Below are positions 23,701 through 38,280 of a DNA stretch of 64,000 bases, piece after piece. The DNA comes from Selaginella moellendorffii. Taxonomy: Eukaryota > Plantae > Lycopodiophyta. The translations under genes were made by a program, and so were the position numbers. The DNA is taken from the NCBI RefSeq assembly GCF_000143415.4, contig NW_003314353.1, positions 376,275 to 440,274 of the forward strand, read 5' to 3'. A model generated the notes under the pieces. The model did no database searches. It was not told the origin of the DNA and was given only the letters and a program-made list of their open reading frames with translations. Position 1 is the first letter of the stretch. Each line of letters opens with the position of its first letter.

Positions 23701-25326
23701 TTTTATCAAGGTGTAGAGTAGCCACTATTGCTATCAATGGCAATAGTAGCAGCATTAGTTGTAGCAACCAAAACCACAACCACAATAACACCATCAATTG
23801 AAAGAGAAATGTAAAGATGCTAATAGCTACCACAAGGGACTAGCAAGAAGAAGAAGAAAAAGAAGAGATTAGTGTGGGAAGTGTTGAGTTACTTCCACAA
23901 ATTCAAACCTCAACATATTTACCTTTTTTACATTTTTCTTCTAGCAACTTCATTGCCATGACTGGTTCAAAAGTATTTTTTGGCTCCCCAATCTCCCTAA
24001 AGCCCTCACTTTTAGCAGTAACATGAGATATAATATCTAAAAGAATAAATAATATGAGGTATTCAAAAACTACAACTATTGGAAGTAATGTTGGTGTAAT
24101 ACAACCAACAATGATATCTTGCTATTGCATATGGGTTGTTGCTGCAATCTACTCTCTAATCTGCAATCTAATCTGAGTATATGGAACAACTCATAATAAC
24201 CACTGACCTGACATCGGGTTCATTCTAAAGCACACTCCATTGTACTGTTATGTCGTGCAATTTGTAGATGCAATTGTTTTAACGTGCCAAAGGGTTGGAC
24301 AAATAAAAAGTTCAATTAGATATGAAGAAAACATGACCATACTGCTATGTATGTCAATAAAATCTCCATCCATCTGTAAAAATACCAATTTAATTAGATT
24401 GAAAAGTAGTAGTTCATATCTTACAGTCTGCTTGATTGTTAATTGCTTTGTTTGCTTCATTTCTTGTTGAAACATTCTCATTAAATGTATGTAAAACTCA
24501 AGTTATAGTAGCATTTGAAGACTATATAACTATTTCATAAAGAGATTATGATTGACACTTTTCTTATAAGCAACAATTGGTTTTCTTCTTGCAAATAAAT
24601 TTATTGATTGTTGAGTGAGGAGTCTTTTTCTGATTTACCTGATCATGAGAGACTATCACCTTATAAACTATAAGTTTATTTATATTGTGAATGTTTCTTG
24701 CAAATTACAGTTTGCAGTAAATAAGAAGATGTTCATTGTTAGATACAATGATCACCAAATCATAGAGAAAGCAATGATTATGGATGTAGGCCCCAATGCT
24801 CAAACTCATTTTAAAAGGCTTAAACTGGATCAAGTGAAAGTGAAGGAGATAAATCATGTTTACAATATTGTCAAGTTACTAGAACCATCGAAAACAGAAT
24901 TGATAACATATGTACAACTTGAATATTGGGTGGTCATGGTTAAGAAGGCCAATCTTCAGAAAATCACAAGCTTGAAAATCTAGCTATTTGAAGGCCATAA
25001 TAGTATATATGAAAATATAAATCATAAGGTATGATTCTTTGTACTTGCAAATTAAACTAATTCTATTTGGTTTTACAGTAAGACTTTCTAAACATCCAAA
25101 AGAAGTTTTCGACTAAATTAAAAAAATCTATCTTTATTGTAAATGCCACATGATTGTAAAGAATGTTTGTCAACCTAGACTATACTTGAAAAGAAAATAT
25201 GTTTCCATTGAACCACAATGCGTTCATGACATCGTAAGCAAACAACAAAGTACTAAGTTTTTTATTTTAGGAGTTTTAAGATGTTTGACTAGATTTACAA
25301 GAATTTTCTTCATAAAGATCTTATTC

Positions 25327-28300
25327 TCAAGAATTTTTACATTCTTGAAGCAGCTTGGAAGAGCTGAGCAGCCTGTGTGGCAGCTCTAGCTCATGTTGTC
25401 GATCTTGCTCTAGCTCCCTGCATCGTTCCTGGTCTGGACACTCCCTGCTGTGATGTTTGTGGTGCTGAGGCATGGTGTTGTCATCAACTGGCACTTCTGT
25501 GGGTGGGGATGCTGGCCCTTCTTGCTTGGCATGAACTGCTACACCATTGGTCGGGGTGCTTATAGAGTCAAGATTGATTTCTTGACTTTGTTCCTGACTC
25601 TTTTCCTCCGGTTTTTCCTTGGAAATGATGCTTTTGATTTGGCTTGTGGTTGATTTTGTCCTGTTCTTTGGAGGTGAGACTGTTGTGATCTTGGTCCTTT
25701 TTGCTGGTGGAGTCGTCATCGGTGACATTGCTCCTTTGAAGTGAGTGTGACACAGGTCCTGGCAGGGTCCTTCACACTTTTTTATTCGGCTCCCGTCGTC
25801 ATCTTGGCTGTGGTTGCGAAGGCTCCTTCTTGTCCTCTTCTTCTTCTTGCTCCTCTTCATATTCTTTGTTGGATTTATGGAGCAGATCCTCCCTTCTCTT
25901 TGACGCACATTCCTGCTTTCTTCTAGTTTGCAGTGTTGCTGGAGGTACTTTCACACTGAGTGGAAATGTTAAGTTGAAGGCTGGTACAAGTGCAGCAACA
26001 TAGGGGAGTGTGAGTGTTTCACATTTCTGGCCACCGTGGATCAGTTTCGTAGCTGAGTGGATTTCCTTGATGAGTTTTTCGTGGAGGTAGCTTGCAATGT
26101 TCACTTTGATTTTGTGTTGCAAGTTGTCATAGAGGATTATGATGGCTTTGCTGGCAGAGCTACTTGACATGCACATTTTGAGAGTTGAGATGAGAAACTT
26201 GAGCCTTGGCTTTGCCTCATCGGTGACATTGCTCATTTGAAGTGAGCTTCTAGAGTTGTAATTCTCGATGATCTTGATGCACCCTGGTGGCATCCTTTTT
26301 GTTCACGATATGGATATGACTTGCTTTCTGCCAATTAGAAGCTTGAATACCCATGTGATGTAGCCTGTGGTAAAGATATATTTGTGTTCTTAGGCACACA
26401 CCATTTCTTCTTGAAAAGCTAGAAGCATTTTCTTTGCGATGTCAATATTGTACTCTTTCTCCATGATGTAGGAGAACTTGTAGAGGCTGACCTCATGCAA
26501 CCAGTCATCAAGTGCCCTTGTCCTCTTCTATGCTGGATTACAGGTGAAGAGGAGATTTGCACTCTCTAGACTCATTGCTGTTGGCTCGAAGATGAACTCC
26601 TTTGTGAGAGGGCACATTGCCGTGCTGTGTTGCTTCCCCATTGCTTGATCTCAGTGCTCGGAGATATAGCCTGGGTTTTGCCCTTTGCCTAGAGTGTTGC
26701 CTTGTAGTAACTTTCTTGAGTTTTCTCTTTGTTGGGGTGGTAGTGTTGGAGAAGCTTGCTTCATGTTGGTCTTTAGCATGTTTGTTAAGAGATTCATTGG
26801 TCTTTAAATCTTGTTTTTGGTTGAAGTTCCTCAAGTTGTCATTTTTCTTCATATTGCTTTCTTGGCTTGATTCTTCAAATTCTTCCTTGTGTTGAATTTT
26901 TGAACTTGAGCTTCATGTTTCTTGATTGTGTTGAGTTCTTGAGTTTGAACTTTGTAAACCTTGAATGTGTTGAATTCTTGAGGTTGAGTCTTCATAATCT
27001 TGATCTCTTGATCTTCAAAGTTAAAACCTTCATTACTTTCAAGGTTGTTATTGATGATATTTGAGTCATACGATTGGTATTTCTTGAGCTTGTTGAGGTT
27101 GACAGTTTAGAGATGCTTGTCATTGAGTGTTGCGATTGCTACCATTTTCAGAGCTTTGAATTCTTGGATGAGGAATAATCTTTCCCATCTTAACTTCACT
27201 TTGGAGCCAATTTTCTTGATGTTTCTTCAAAACTAAAGTATTTGATCATTGATCTTGAATTTTTCATTTTTCTTTAGTTTTCTTTTTCTGCCGTGGTTGG
27301 CTTTTCTTTGAGCTTGAATGGGTTTGAATGTCCAAATTGTTTATAGTCTTTCTTCATTAAATTTTTCTGGCATTGCTAGTCTTCTTTTGATTGATTCTTC
27401 TTGGCTGATTTCGTAGTGTATTACCATTTGCAATGAAGGAACAATGTCCTCGAGTGGTGTTAGGGCTTCTAAGCTGTAGGCGAGCTTGAATGGTATCAAA
27501 TTTGTTAAAACCTTATATGTAGTTGAATATACCCATAGGGCATCATAGATGTGATCATCCTAATCTTTTTTATTTGTCTTTACAATTTTCTTGAGGATGT
27601 TTTTGAGTGTCTTGTTTGTAGACTTTGTTTAACTGTTGCTTTGAGGGTAGTATGGTGTTGAAGCCTTGTGCTTGGTCATGAATTCTTAAGTTAGAATCTT
27701 GATGTTTTTGTTGATGAAGTGTGTTCATCGATTCGTGACAGGTTCTAGAGGAAGGCTATATCTTATGATGATATTTTCATAGATGAACTATGCTATATTA
27801 TTTGCTGTTATAATCTTCATTGATTGAGCTTCAACCCATTTTGTTATGTAGTTAGTCACTATAAGGATGTGCTTGTTTTGTTTGGAACTTGTTATGAGTG
27901 GTTCAACAAAGTCAAGTCCCCATTGTTGAAATGGTTCTAGTGGTGTTGTTGGATGAAGCTCTTGAGTTTATTTCTTCGGTGTGTACTTAGTTTATTGATA
28001 AATATCACATTCTTGATAAAATTTTACTAAGTCATGCCAAAGTGTTAGCCACTAGAGTTTTGCTTGCAAAATCTTGCAAGCTATGATTTTTTCTGCAAAG
28101 TGGCCTCTTGCTTGTCCATAGTGGGCTTCTTTGAGTAGATCTTAAGTTTCTTTAAGTTGTATACATCTTCATAGTACATTGTCTCATCCTTTCTTGTATA
28201 GTCTTCTTCCCATGATTGAATATAGCCTTGTCCTCAAGATAAATTATTTACAGTGATTAGAGGTGGAGTATTAACTTGGTATTGTTACTATTGTGAGGTA

Positions 28301-29410
28301 GTAGTAGATGTCATTTGTCCATGTTAGTGATGTGTGCATGCAAAGTATGTTGGAGTCAGGAAAGTTATCCATATTGTATTTCAGTTGTTCGCCAGATGTA
28401 ATGCAATTGAGGTGGTTGGCTTGTTCATATTGTTTACCGAGTTTGTGAATAATCTCAAAGTTGTATTCTTGAAGCAATAAGAACTATCGGGAAATTTTAT
28501 TGGTAAGGATGGTCTTGTTAAGGAAGTGTAGAAGTGTTTTATGGTCAACCATGATCTTGACTTTGGTGTAGAGTAGGTAGTGTCTAAACTTTTGTAATGC
28601 ATAGATCATTCCTAAGGCTTATTTTTTGGTGATGGTGTAATTCATCTCAGCTGAGTTGAGTCTTTAGCTAGTAGAGTAAATTGGTCAATCTTTAAGGTCT
28701 TATTGTTGTTGAGAAAGTATTGCTCTGATGGCGTAATTGGAGGTATCGACTTGTGTGTTGAAGTTTTTGTCCTAGTTTGGTTGGGTGAGTACTATAGCTC
28801 TTGTCAATGAATTCTTGACCACGTTGAATGCTTATTGACAGTCTTGAATCCAATCGTAGATATGATTTTTCTTAAGAAGCTTTGTAAAGGGTTTTGCAAT
28901 CTTTGCAATCTTTAATGAAGCATTGATGGTATCCCATTTTGCCAAAGAAAGATCGTAGTTTAGTGATGTTTTTTGGATGTTGCATGTTGATGATGGCAAG
29001 TGTTTTAGCTTTGTCAATGAGGATGCCTTCTTTGCAGATAATGTGTCCAAGTAGGATGCCAAATTTGACGAAAAAGGTAGATTTCTTGGGGTTTAAGGTG
29101 ATGTTGTTCTCTCAACATTTGATGAAGCATTTCTCGAGATGTTGGAGATGTTCTTTGTTGTTGAAGACACTAAAGTCATCCATAAAAACTCACATGAAGT
29201 TGGTGAGGTAGTCTCGAAATATGTTGGTGATGATTCTCTAGAAGTAAATGGTGCATTAGAAAGACCAAAAGGCATTTATAAATAAGCATAAGCACTAATG
29301 AAGGCTGTCTTGTGCTGGTCTTTAGATGTGATGTGAACTTGATTGTAACCGCTAAGACTGTCGTGTTCAGCTACTGTGTCAAGAATTTCATTGGAGAATG
29401 GAATTGGACA
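25327..29410 (-). mobile_element. Degenerate non-chromovirus gypsy (Athila/Tat-like) pol plus extra 3' ORF remnants
   Basis: PIPFSNEILD..SGYNQV, MPFGLSNAP, FMDDF, RNase H and integrase remnants (PFQQWGLDF, YYPQSN) with many stops; basic low-complexity ORF pieces at 25327-26852. Confidence 0.75.
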
Positions 29411-29419
29411 TGTATATGG

Positions 29420-31800
29420 GAGAGAATCATGATAGATATGAAGAAAGTGTGGAATAAAGATCGAATGCACCACTAAAAGTAAATGATCATTAGTCCCTAT
29501 AATATAAAAAAAACCATCCTCAAGGTGATATTGAAAATGTAAATGCCAAAATGACAAGTCATCAATAAGTGATGTAAGATTCTCAAACCCATTAAGAAGC
29601 CTTCAAATATATAGCTCAATCGTTTGAACCTTATGAACCTCGTCGAAGAGAGATTTAAATCTTGCTTTACACGTTATGGACATTGAATGTTAAATACAAC
29701 AACTACCAACAACACGGAATCCTCGTCCAAAAAATCCACAAATGCTAGAATAATAGGTTTTACAAAAATATGAGAAGAGAGTGAAAAAGGAAGAGGAGCT
29801 TAAGAAAGGGTATCAGTATTAGCCATAAAACTCCCCAAGTGATGAACAACATCAAAATTATATATCTAAAACTTCAAAGTCTACCGAAGTTCTTCCACTT
29901 TAATAATAAAGTAACTGTAGCATGATCACCTCCTAGTAATGTCCAAAAATTATGTAGATATGCATGAAATTTCTCAAAACCCCAAATTGTTGCTAAACAC
30001 TCTCTCTGTTGTGGAGTAGTTCACCTCCATTGATTGTACTGTACGGCTGATATATACAATAGGATGACACTAACAAAGCACACTCTAGCTCTCTTGCATC
30101 AATACACTTCCAAAATTGATATCAAAAACATTTATGCACAAAATGAAAAGTCAAGTGTAGTCAAGATATGCCAAAACTAGAGAAGTTGTCAATAACTTTT
30201 TGAGATCTATAAACGCCCTCTCGTAGACTAGATGAAAAATGATGTTTACAACTTCAGTAACACTTACAATAGTGTAGTGTATTAAAAAGATGATCAACAA
30301 AATGATTGAGATACTGCACCTTGCCCAGAAAGTGATGCACATCATTCACACATTTTGGAGTAGGGAATTTTAAAACAGCCACAAGTTTGTCACAATCAAT
30401 TTACAAACCCTTATAATAAATATGGTACCTAAGATAAGTCATGTTCTTGGACCCAGACACACACTTCAACCGCTTTAACTTTAAACCAACTTCCTGTAGC
30501 CAATCCAACACTTTACGAACATCACGGTTGTGTTCCTCCCACATCCCTTCTGAGTAAATCAAGACATCATCAATGAAGTCAGCAATCACTTTCATCACAT
30601 TGCAAAAAAATTTGTCCATCATCCATTAAAAAGTCATCAGAGCATTGTTTAAAACAAACAACATTCCTCACACTATTGATTTCTTGGATTGTCTGGGGTG
30701 AAATTATTGGTTCACTAAGTTAAATTTTACTTTTAGGTATTAGCAAGTGTCAATGGCTAAAGAAGATATTCCTAAGACTGCTTTTTGTACACCATTTGAT
30801 TTGTACTAATTCTTGGTGAGAGGGTACACAAAACAAAACGGCTGAGATATTGCACCTTGCTTAAGAAGCATTACAAATTATTTATACACTTTGGAGTAGG
30901 GAACTTGAAAATAGCTACAAGTTTGTCAATATTAACTTGCAAACTTTCACAAAAAATATGGGACCCAAGATAAGTAGTGTTCTTGGACGCAAATACACAC
31001 TTTGATCACTTCAGTTTTAAGCTAACTTCCCGCAACCGATCCAACACTTTATGAACATTATGGATGTCTTCCTCCCATGTCCCTTTTGAGTCAATCAAGA
31101 CACCATGAATGCAGTAGACATCTATAGTATATCGCAAAAAACCTCGTTCATCATCCGTTGGAAAGTTGCTGGAGCATTGTTTAAACCAAATGGCATTACC
31201 AAAAATTCTTACAAACCAAATGGTGTATGAAAAACAGTCTTAAGAATATTTTCCTTGGCCATCAGCACTTGTTAATACCCAAAAGGAAGATCTAATTTGT
31301 GTAAACTCCTGAGTTTGGACTTCCTGGGAGGTCACCCAACCCAATACTATTCACACTCAAGGACGATTAACCCTAAATATCCCAAGACCCTTAACCGATT
31401 GAAAAAGGAGGTGCATTCTTGTTCATGAGCCATTTTCCTTTATATTTGAACCCCATAGATCATCTCTTGAGTCATTCCCTTTGGTTACTTACAACTGGGT
31501 GAATCAACGACTTTGCCTTAGATAATCCAAGAGATCAACAGTGTGAGAAAAAGGGTACACATTCGAGATCGTCACTTCGTTTAATGAACAATAGTTGATG
31601 TAAAATGATTACTCCCATTAGGCTTCATCACAAAATGAGGTTCACACGCTCAAAGACTCTGTTATTTTCAAATAACACCATTTTCTAACATCTCCTTGAC
31701 ATTTACATGTAAAATTTTGATCTCTTTTGATGACCGACAATAAACAGGAACTTTGATTGGACGAGCATCCCTAATTAGAATAGAATGACATGTTGCAATC
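29420..31800 (-). mobile_element. Degenerate gypsy pol fragments (duplicated RT pieces)
   Basis: FIDDVLIYS..EEH..V..VL..L..VGLKL at 30401-30622, with a second copy at about 30850-31290 containing MPFGLNNAP and FTKLD. Confidence 0.7.
31300..31493 (-). mobile_element. Cassandra-like TRIM solo LTR carrying a 5S rRNA-derived segment
   Basis: TGT...ACA ends with a degenerate 5-bp TSD (ATTTG/ACTGG); removing it restores RT FTKLD. 31319-31372 resembles the reverse complement of the 5S internal promoter region (acttcctgggaggtcacccaacccaatactattcacactcaaggacgattaac). Confidence 0.7.
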
Positions 31801-32559
31801 TAGGCCCTATACGACAGATCAAAATCAAAGAGATTGGCATACTCCTTCATGAGCCAGCTAACTGCTGCAACACAAAGATTATCAAAGGGATTGGAAGAGG
31901 GAATAGAGAAACAAAACAGAAACATAGGAGAAAGTAATGGGGAAAAAAAGTGATAGAAGTAGAGGTAGAAACAGAGGGTCAAATAGGAACAAAACTAAGG
32001 GGAATGGAAGAAATATAAAAAAGTATGAGACAAAGGGGAAAAGTCTTAAAGTCACATTTGGCATGATTGTGTTGCAATTAATCTATACCAAAGATGAAGT
32101 TAAAAGCTTCACTTGGCACCACTTGTAATGACTGTAGCTCAACTCAAGATCGCCCACATACACAACTAAGTCCACTTTATCCTGTGCATATGCATATGTA
32201 CGGCCATACACACATATGTGTGTGTATATGTCTATGCATATGTCCGGGCATATATCCACATATATGTCTAGGAAAAATTATAAGAAAAGGAAGATTTAGA
32301 CAATGCAAAAGCTATATTTAAACTAGAATCCCAAATCCCAACACTCCTTAAGGACAATTAAAATTGCCCCTAATCTCCACCAATATGAGTGGATAGAATA
32401 TGGAAATGAAATAAAGAAGTGTGCATATTAAAACCCTAGCTTATATATAGGAGCGAGTGGTTCGGATTGAAACCAATTCGACAGTTACCAAAATCCCACT
32501 AAATTAATATTAGTAAATGGCATTGTAACTGTAGACATGGACCTTATATATATAAAAGG

Positions 32560-32587
32560 TTTGTAAATATATATTTATATATATATT

Positions 32588-32659
<72 letters not shown>

Positions 32660-32703
32660 TATATATGTATATATATGTATATATGTATATGTATATGTAT
32701 GTA
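32560..32703. repeat. Compound microsatellite (AT)n(GT)n(ATATGT)n
   Basis: Read directly from the sequence. Confidence 0.95.
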
Positions 32704-33752
32704 TTACCATGCCTAAATAATACACTAATTATAGTACTAAAGCATATAGACCATCTAAATCTAATACATCCATTCTTGTATATAAGTAGGGGCCTAAACC
32801 CCAATTAATATATCTATTCTTATATCCCGAGCACACACATTGGTGGAGGTGAGAGACATTGCAATTTGTCCCTAAAGGGCAAAGTTTTTTCGTAGTACTT
32901 TGCTTTAGTATTTGGGATTGTGCTTTTTTGTTTTTATTTCTTCATTCTTTTTTGGATTTAGATCTGTATTAGCTTTTTATAAGATCTAGAACTCTAGCTA
33001 TCATTGTGTTTAAATCTACTCTTTCTTTTGATCTTCATTGCATTTTCTTCTTCCACCATACTATGCCATCGTCGATCAAGGAGTATATCACTTAAGGTTA
33101 CTAATGCTACTCTATTAGATTGAACTTTGGTGCTATGGGGTGTGATCATGTTAGTGTTACACCCATCCTTGGTGTGTTGCCGTCTCCAACGTCCATGGGA
33201 CGTGACTACATAGCTTATCCTGTTCTTGGTGTTCTGCTATTTTGTCACAAATGTGACTGTGGGTATCGAAAGTTACCTGTCGGCTAGTCCTTTTATATAT
33301 TCTTTCTTTATTGCCACGACGGCAGGAGGTCTATATTGCTAATTCCTTTTATCAGTCCTTCTTGTTCAAGTGTTAGTAAATTGGGCTTAGCACCAGTATT
33401 TAGCTAGATGGATATAAGGTAGGAACTCCTATGTGTTTCTAACTGAGCATACTTAGCTTAGCTCTTAGTTTTCTTTTGTTTTGTTTTGCATTTGCTTGAC
33501 AAGAACCCTTGTGTATTGAAACTAGCCCCTCAATATCATGAGATGATAGCTTACTGTGTCTGCTAAACACCTTTGCTAACATGCCCTTTGTGTTAGTCTC
33601 ATTCTGGTCTCAAATACTATCTATGGAAATTGTCTAGATTTTCTTATTTGGCATATCTACGGAATGTGGAGATTGTTCTGAACACAATGGTGTTCGTCCC
33701 ATGTCCAAATTTGCAATCTAGAGATATTCTATATTTAGTAAGTTTCAAACTT

Positions 33753-33901
33753 ACACCCCGAATTGTAGTCTAGAGAAGGGTCCTCTGCAGTGGACCGGGT
33801 TTAAGTCCCTTGAACAGGATGCCAAAGTGGGTGAAAGCCCTGTCTAGCCTGGACCCTACTGCATCATGAGGCTCTTTTGGTGAATTGGGCTGTATGGGAA
33901 T
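33753..33901 (+). pseudogene. LSU (25S/26S) rRNA pseudogene fragment, 5' part (D1 region)
   Basis: gaattgtagtctagagaagggtcctc...gggtgaaagccctgtc...gggctgtatgggaat resembles plant LSU D1; continues at 44451. Confidence 0.8.
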
Positions 33902-36900
33902 TGTAAGTGACTAAATTTTCTATACTACTTTAGTCACTTAATCACACCTCTAACCACGTGGAAGAGTCTCACTCATAACCTCCATAAGTTCTATTCTGGA
34001 CTTGGGGCTTGTTAGCCCTGAGAATAGCATCCATGCCACTCAACCATTACACTTGGTCCAAGTGCTCCATGTGTTTGATCCCATGAATGACACTCAAAGG
34101 TACCACTAATATATCAGCTCGTTCTGTTAAGGCCATGCCCATTCACCTTTATCACACTAGTGATCCAACACCACTTACATCACAATCCCGTTTCTCAAAG
34201 ACTGGGCCATCTGTTTATGAGTGGTCATCCCAAATCCACTCCTTAGCATCCTTAGGATGCCTGCAGACATGGGGAATAACCTTCCCCAATATCCCTTTTT
34301 CGGTCTCCACCAAATCCCTTTCTGTCCATGGTTATGTTCACCAACATTGCCATTGTGTCAAAGCCTACAGGCTTGACCACTAAGTCCCACTGTCCTTTGG
34401 GACTTCCTCATCGTGTGATTATCCTTGGTCACTACACCAAAGGACTGCTCCTCTTCCTTTCCACCGTCTGGGACTTTGGGACAACATTTCAGAACATCGT
34501 GGCCCTACGTGAGCCTCCTAGGTACTGTCCCCACCTTCTGCATTTGGGTGCTCTAGCCATGGGGCTAGAGCAAAGTTTTATTGAGCCACACTAGGTATCC
34601 AAGTAGGTAGTGCCACCCACACTTGGACTGGGAGCATCAACCATTCGATCTCTCAAGGGAGCTAGAGCCGGCTCTTGAACACTTCACCAAGCTACCTTGC
34701 TTGTCTATCTGTGTTCACTCTAGCCTTGGACTTCCTAGTGGTTATATCATCACCTAGCACATGGGTATAGCCTTCTTGGGACACACTTGGTTTTCCTGGC
34801 CAAACTAGTTCCAACCCCACACTCTCCCTACTATAACCCCCTATACCCCCCCCCCGGGGGATGATCACTTTGGGATTTCACCCAACAACCTTTATTAGTA
34901 TTCAGACTCAGACTTGAACTTGAACTCGGTCTTGGTCTTGGTCTCAGCCTCGGTCTCGGTCTCGGTCTCAGTCTCGTTCTCATTCTTAGTCTTGGTCTTG
35001 GTCTCATCTCAGATTCCATCTCGGGTCCATCTTAGATCCATCTCCATCTTGGTCCATCTCGGACTCCATCTCGGACTCCATCTCGAGTCCATCTCGGTCC
35101 ATTTTGTACTCCATCTCGAGCTCTATCTTGGGTCCATCTAGGTCCATCTCGGGGTCCATCTCAAATCCATCTCGGACTCCATCTTGGACTCCCTTATTAC
35201 TCGCTTCATGCTCATTCCTTGAGCACTCCATTGGGAGTTCCACTCCCACTCTCGACTTTTCAAGTTAGAGCTTTTAGTCCAAACTTGTTATACTTGTTTG
35301 GCTTTTGCTTCGGCCACTACCATATAACACCCTTTCAGCTCCACTTTGGGGCTTAGGTACTTGTGTTTCACAATTCCACCACCCATAGACGAAGTTCGAT
35401 GTCCTTATCGAACGGTAAACATTTTTATAAAGTAAACCTATGATGGATTACCACTTTTCATCCTTGGCATCTAGCCAATATCCATCAATGGTTTGACACC
35501 GGAGGCTCACCATGCCTTATCCATCCCTTAAGGAGCATAGTCTCTCTAACTTAGAGACTTATTAGACCACTTATGGTGATCCTTCCTCTTTTGCTAATTT
35601 AGTCCATGCTTAACTTGTTAGAGACACCTTCTCTATCTCAATTTGACCACTCATTTAGAAGTAGCCTCAACCTCTACTAGCATAACCATCACACTTTGGA
35701 ACTTTTAATTTTGACTTTTCAAAATTAATTTTCTAAATGTCTCCAACACCTTGTATTGCACGTGTTGTGCAAACTCTACTTCTCCATCCTAGGAAGTTCT
35801 TTACTTGAGGGCACCATCATCCTCTCTCTTATTTCGTGCCACTCTAGGCACTAAATTCCATTTTTCTATAATTTATACTAGGGCTGTCTCATTTAGCTAA
35901 TTTATTACTCCCTCCCTTGGAGCTTTCATCTTTGCCAAATTGGAGCATTTGGGAATCCATCCTTGAAAATATATCCTCTTTCCCACGATTTGTTAGTATC
36001 CAACACATAAGTGTTCCTTGCTCACTTTATTGTTTGGATTTTTTCCAATGATTCTTATGGCCCAAATTTGGCCATTAGTCTTTTACTCCTATCCTTTGAT
36101 TGTTATACCAAATAATACAAGATCACTATCTCCATCCTTGAGGTATCCTTTTGGTTCTATAGCAAAGGCTTTGCTTTGCCAAGACTAAAGGGTGTTCACC
36201 CCTAATAAGTCTCCCCAATGTTTTCTACTCTAGGCTCTAGGCTCTCTTCATGGCTCAACTTTGCAACCCACTCATGGGTTCTTCCTTGGAGATTATTTTC
36301 TTGAACTCATAATACCATTGTATTGTCGCAATTCATTTCCCTTAGATGTCCTTCCCATTTGGTCACCTTGACCAAGCCACACTATTATCAATAGTTTAAA
36401 TCAACACTTTAAACTAGGAACCTTATTCCTTAACCTCACAAGAACCTCGTCCTTGTTTAGCCATAAAATCACTTAGTGATCTAATCTTGACACCTTAATA
36501 GGTTTGTCAATAGGTACTAGGTCTTCCAAACCTTTAACTTATTGACCATGACCCATACACTCAAGTTAGCCCCTCCAACCAAGGGTCCATAGCAATTGAG
36601 ATTGGGTGTCCCTGTCTCATTCACCACGTATTTGGTGCCACTTGCACCAAAGTGTTCAAGTTAAATATGCCCAGCTTTCACACTAAACAATCTAATTGTG
36701 CATCACGATTCCGGGGCATCCCCCGCTTGGCAGTGTGCCCAAGTCAGTCTCCTTACTAAAAGTCCATGACCATTGAAAATAAGTGTCCTTATATTCCACC
36801 TAATGAGTTGGGGACTCAAACCCAAACACTAGAGGGTTGGGACTTGAACCCCAACCTCCGTATATGCATCTATGGACAGTATCACTCAGGATGCCTGGCA

Positions 36901-38280
36901 TGACTCACCATGCTAGTGCACCAACTTATACTTAAAACGTGCTACAAATCACAGCTTAAAAATTTAGTTCTTCTGCATTACTAAGTTCTTTCACTTGACA
37001 AGTTTGTGATCACGCATGGACTCCTCCATGTTTGGCCCTATGAGCCACCTCTTTTTGAAGCTAACACCTTTAATTAGGGTCTTTGTTCTACTAATTTCAC
37101 TTAGCAAGTCATTCGACTAGCGTAACATGGTTTCATGTATAAGTGTGAAAGTCCTTAACAATTGACTTTCGTTCAAAGCCATCTCTGTGAACACTCAAGG
37201 ACTACTTCCCCAACCTTGATAACTTCGCCTTATGGCAAGCTTCAAGACCACGTTTCTGCTATGCCACTCTAATTTCGCGCATTTTATGAACCATTTACAC
37301 TTGTTTTTCTAAGTACTAATTTACCTAGAATTATCTTTGGGAACCTTGAAGGGACTCTGTCCCTTAGCTTGCTAAAGCCTCTCCTTTCGCAAGCTTTCTA
37401 TTTGCCATATGATTTAACATAGACAATTCCATACTTTAGACTTTTCATGGTATCACAGTTACTAATAGCAACACGTTCAAGCATACACTTGATTCTCCAT
37501 TCCTAATTTGCATAACCATCCTTGATTATACCCTTCGATTTCTATGGTTCGGTTCTATCCCTTTTCTACTTGCTTTTGGCTTTATGCATTCCCTTCAGTT
37601 ATTCTCCTCCAATCTAGGAGGGTAGTTTTACACTTTTTACTATGCCTTAGTAAATATTCTTAGGGACGAACTTACTCAATAACTTAGAAAGTAATCCTTT
37701 AAGGATATGCTCACCGTGTAATCCCATATATTGGGATTAATGTTCCTATGCTTAGGTTTTTTTATGCCCATTGCTAGCCATGCCAAAATCCCCTTTTGGC
37801 TTTATCCAATTTGAATAGATGAACTTCTCCCATCTCCACAACTTTGGATGTTAAATAGCACTTCCTATCCATTATTTGCTAGGGATTTAGTCCCTTGGGC
37901 CTTATTTAATGCCATCATGATTCCAAACACCACTCCCTAGTGTTTTAGAGTGTTTTGGTATCTTAATGATGACCTTCTTTTGACAATGAGTATTTTCTTT
38001 TATGACATTGACTTACTATAACTCAACATAAGCAATTTATCCCCTGGAGGGGTATATCTAATAATAAGAAGTCTTGGGTAGTTAACTTCTACTAATTGAA
38101 TCAATTATTTTGCACCTTTTGTTTAGTTGCCTTATAGTTGTCAAGTTCTACAATTCATTGCTAGAGCTTCCACACCTCCACTATTTGGGTCACCACACTT
38201 TAACCACATGCCTCCAGCTTAGATTATGCCATTCCCATTTCCATTGGGATTTTTTTGGTAAATTGTTCTCATGAATCCAC

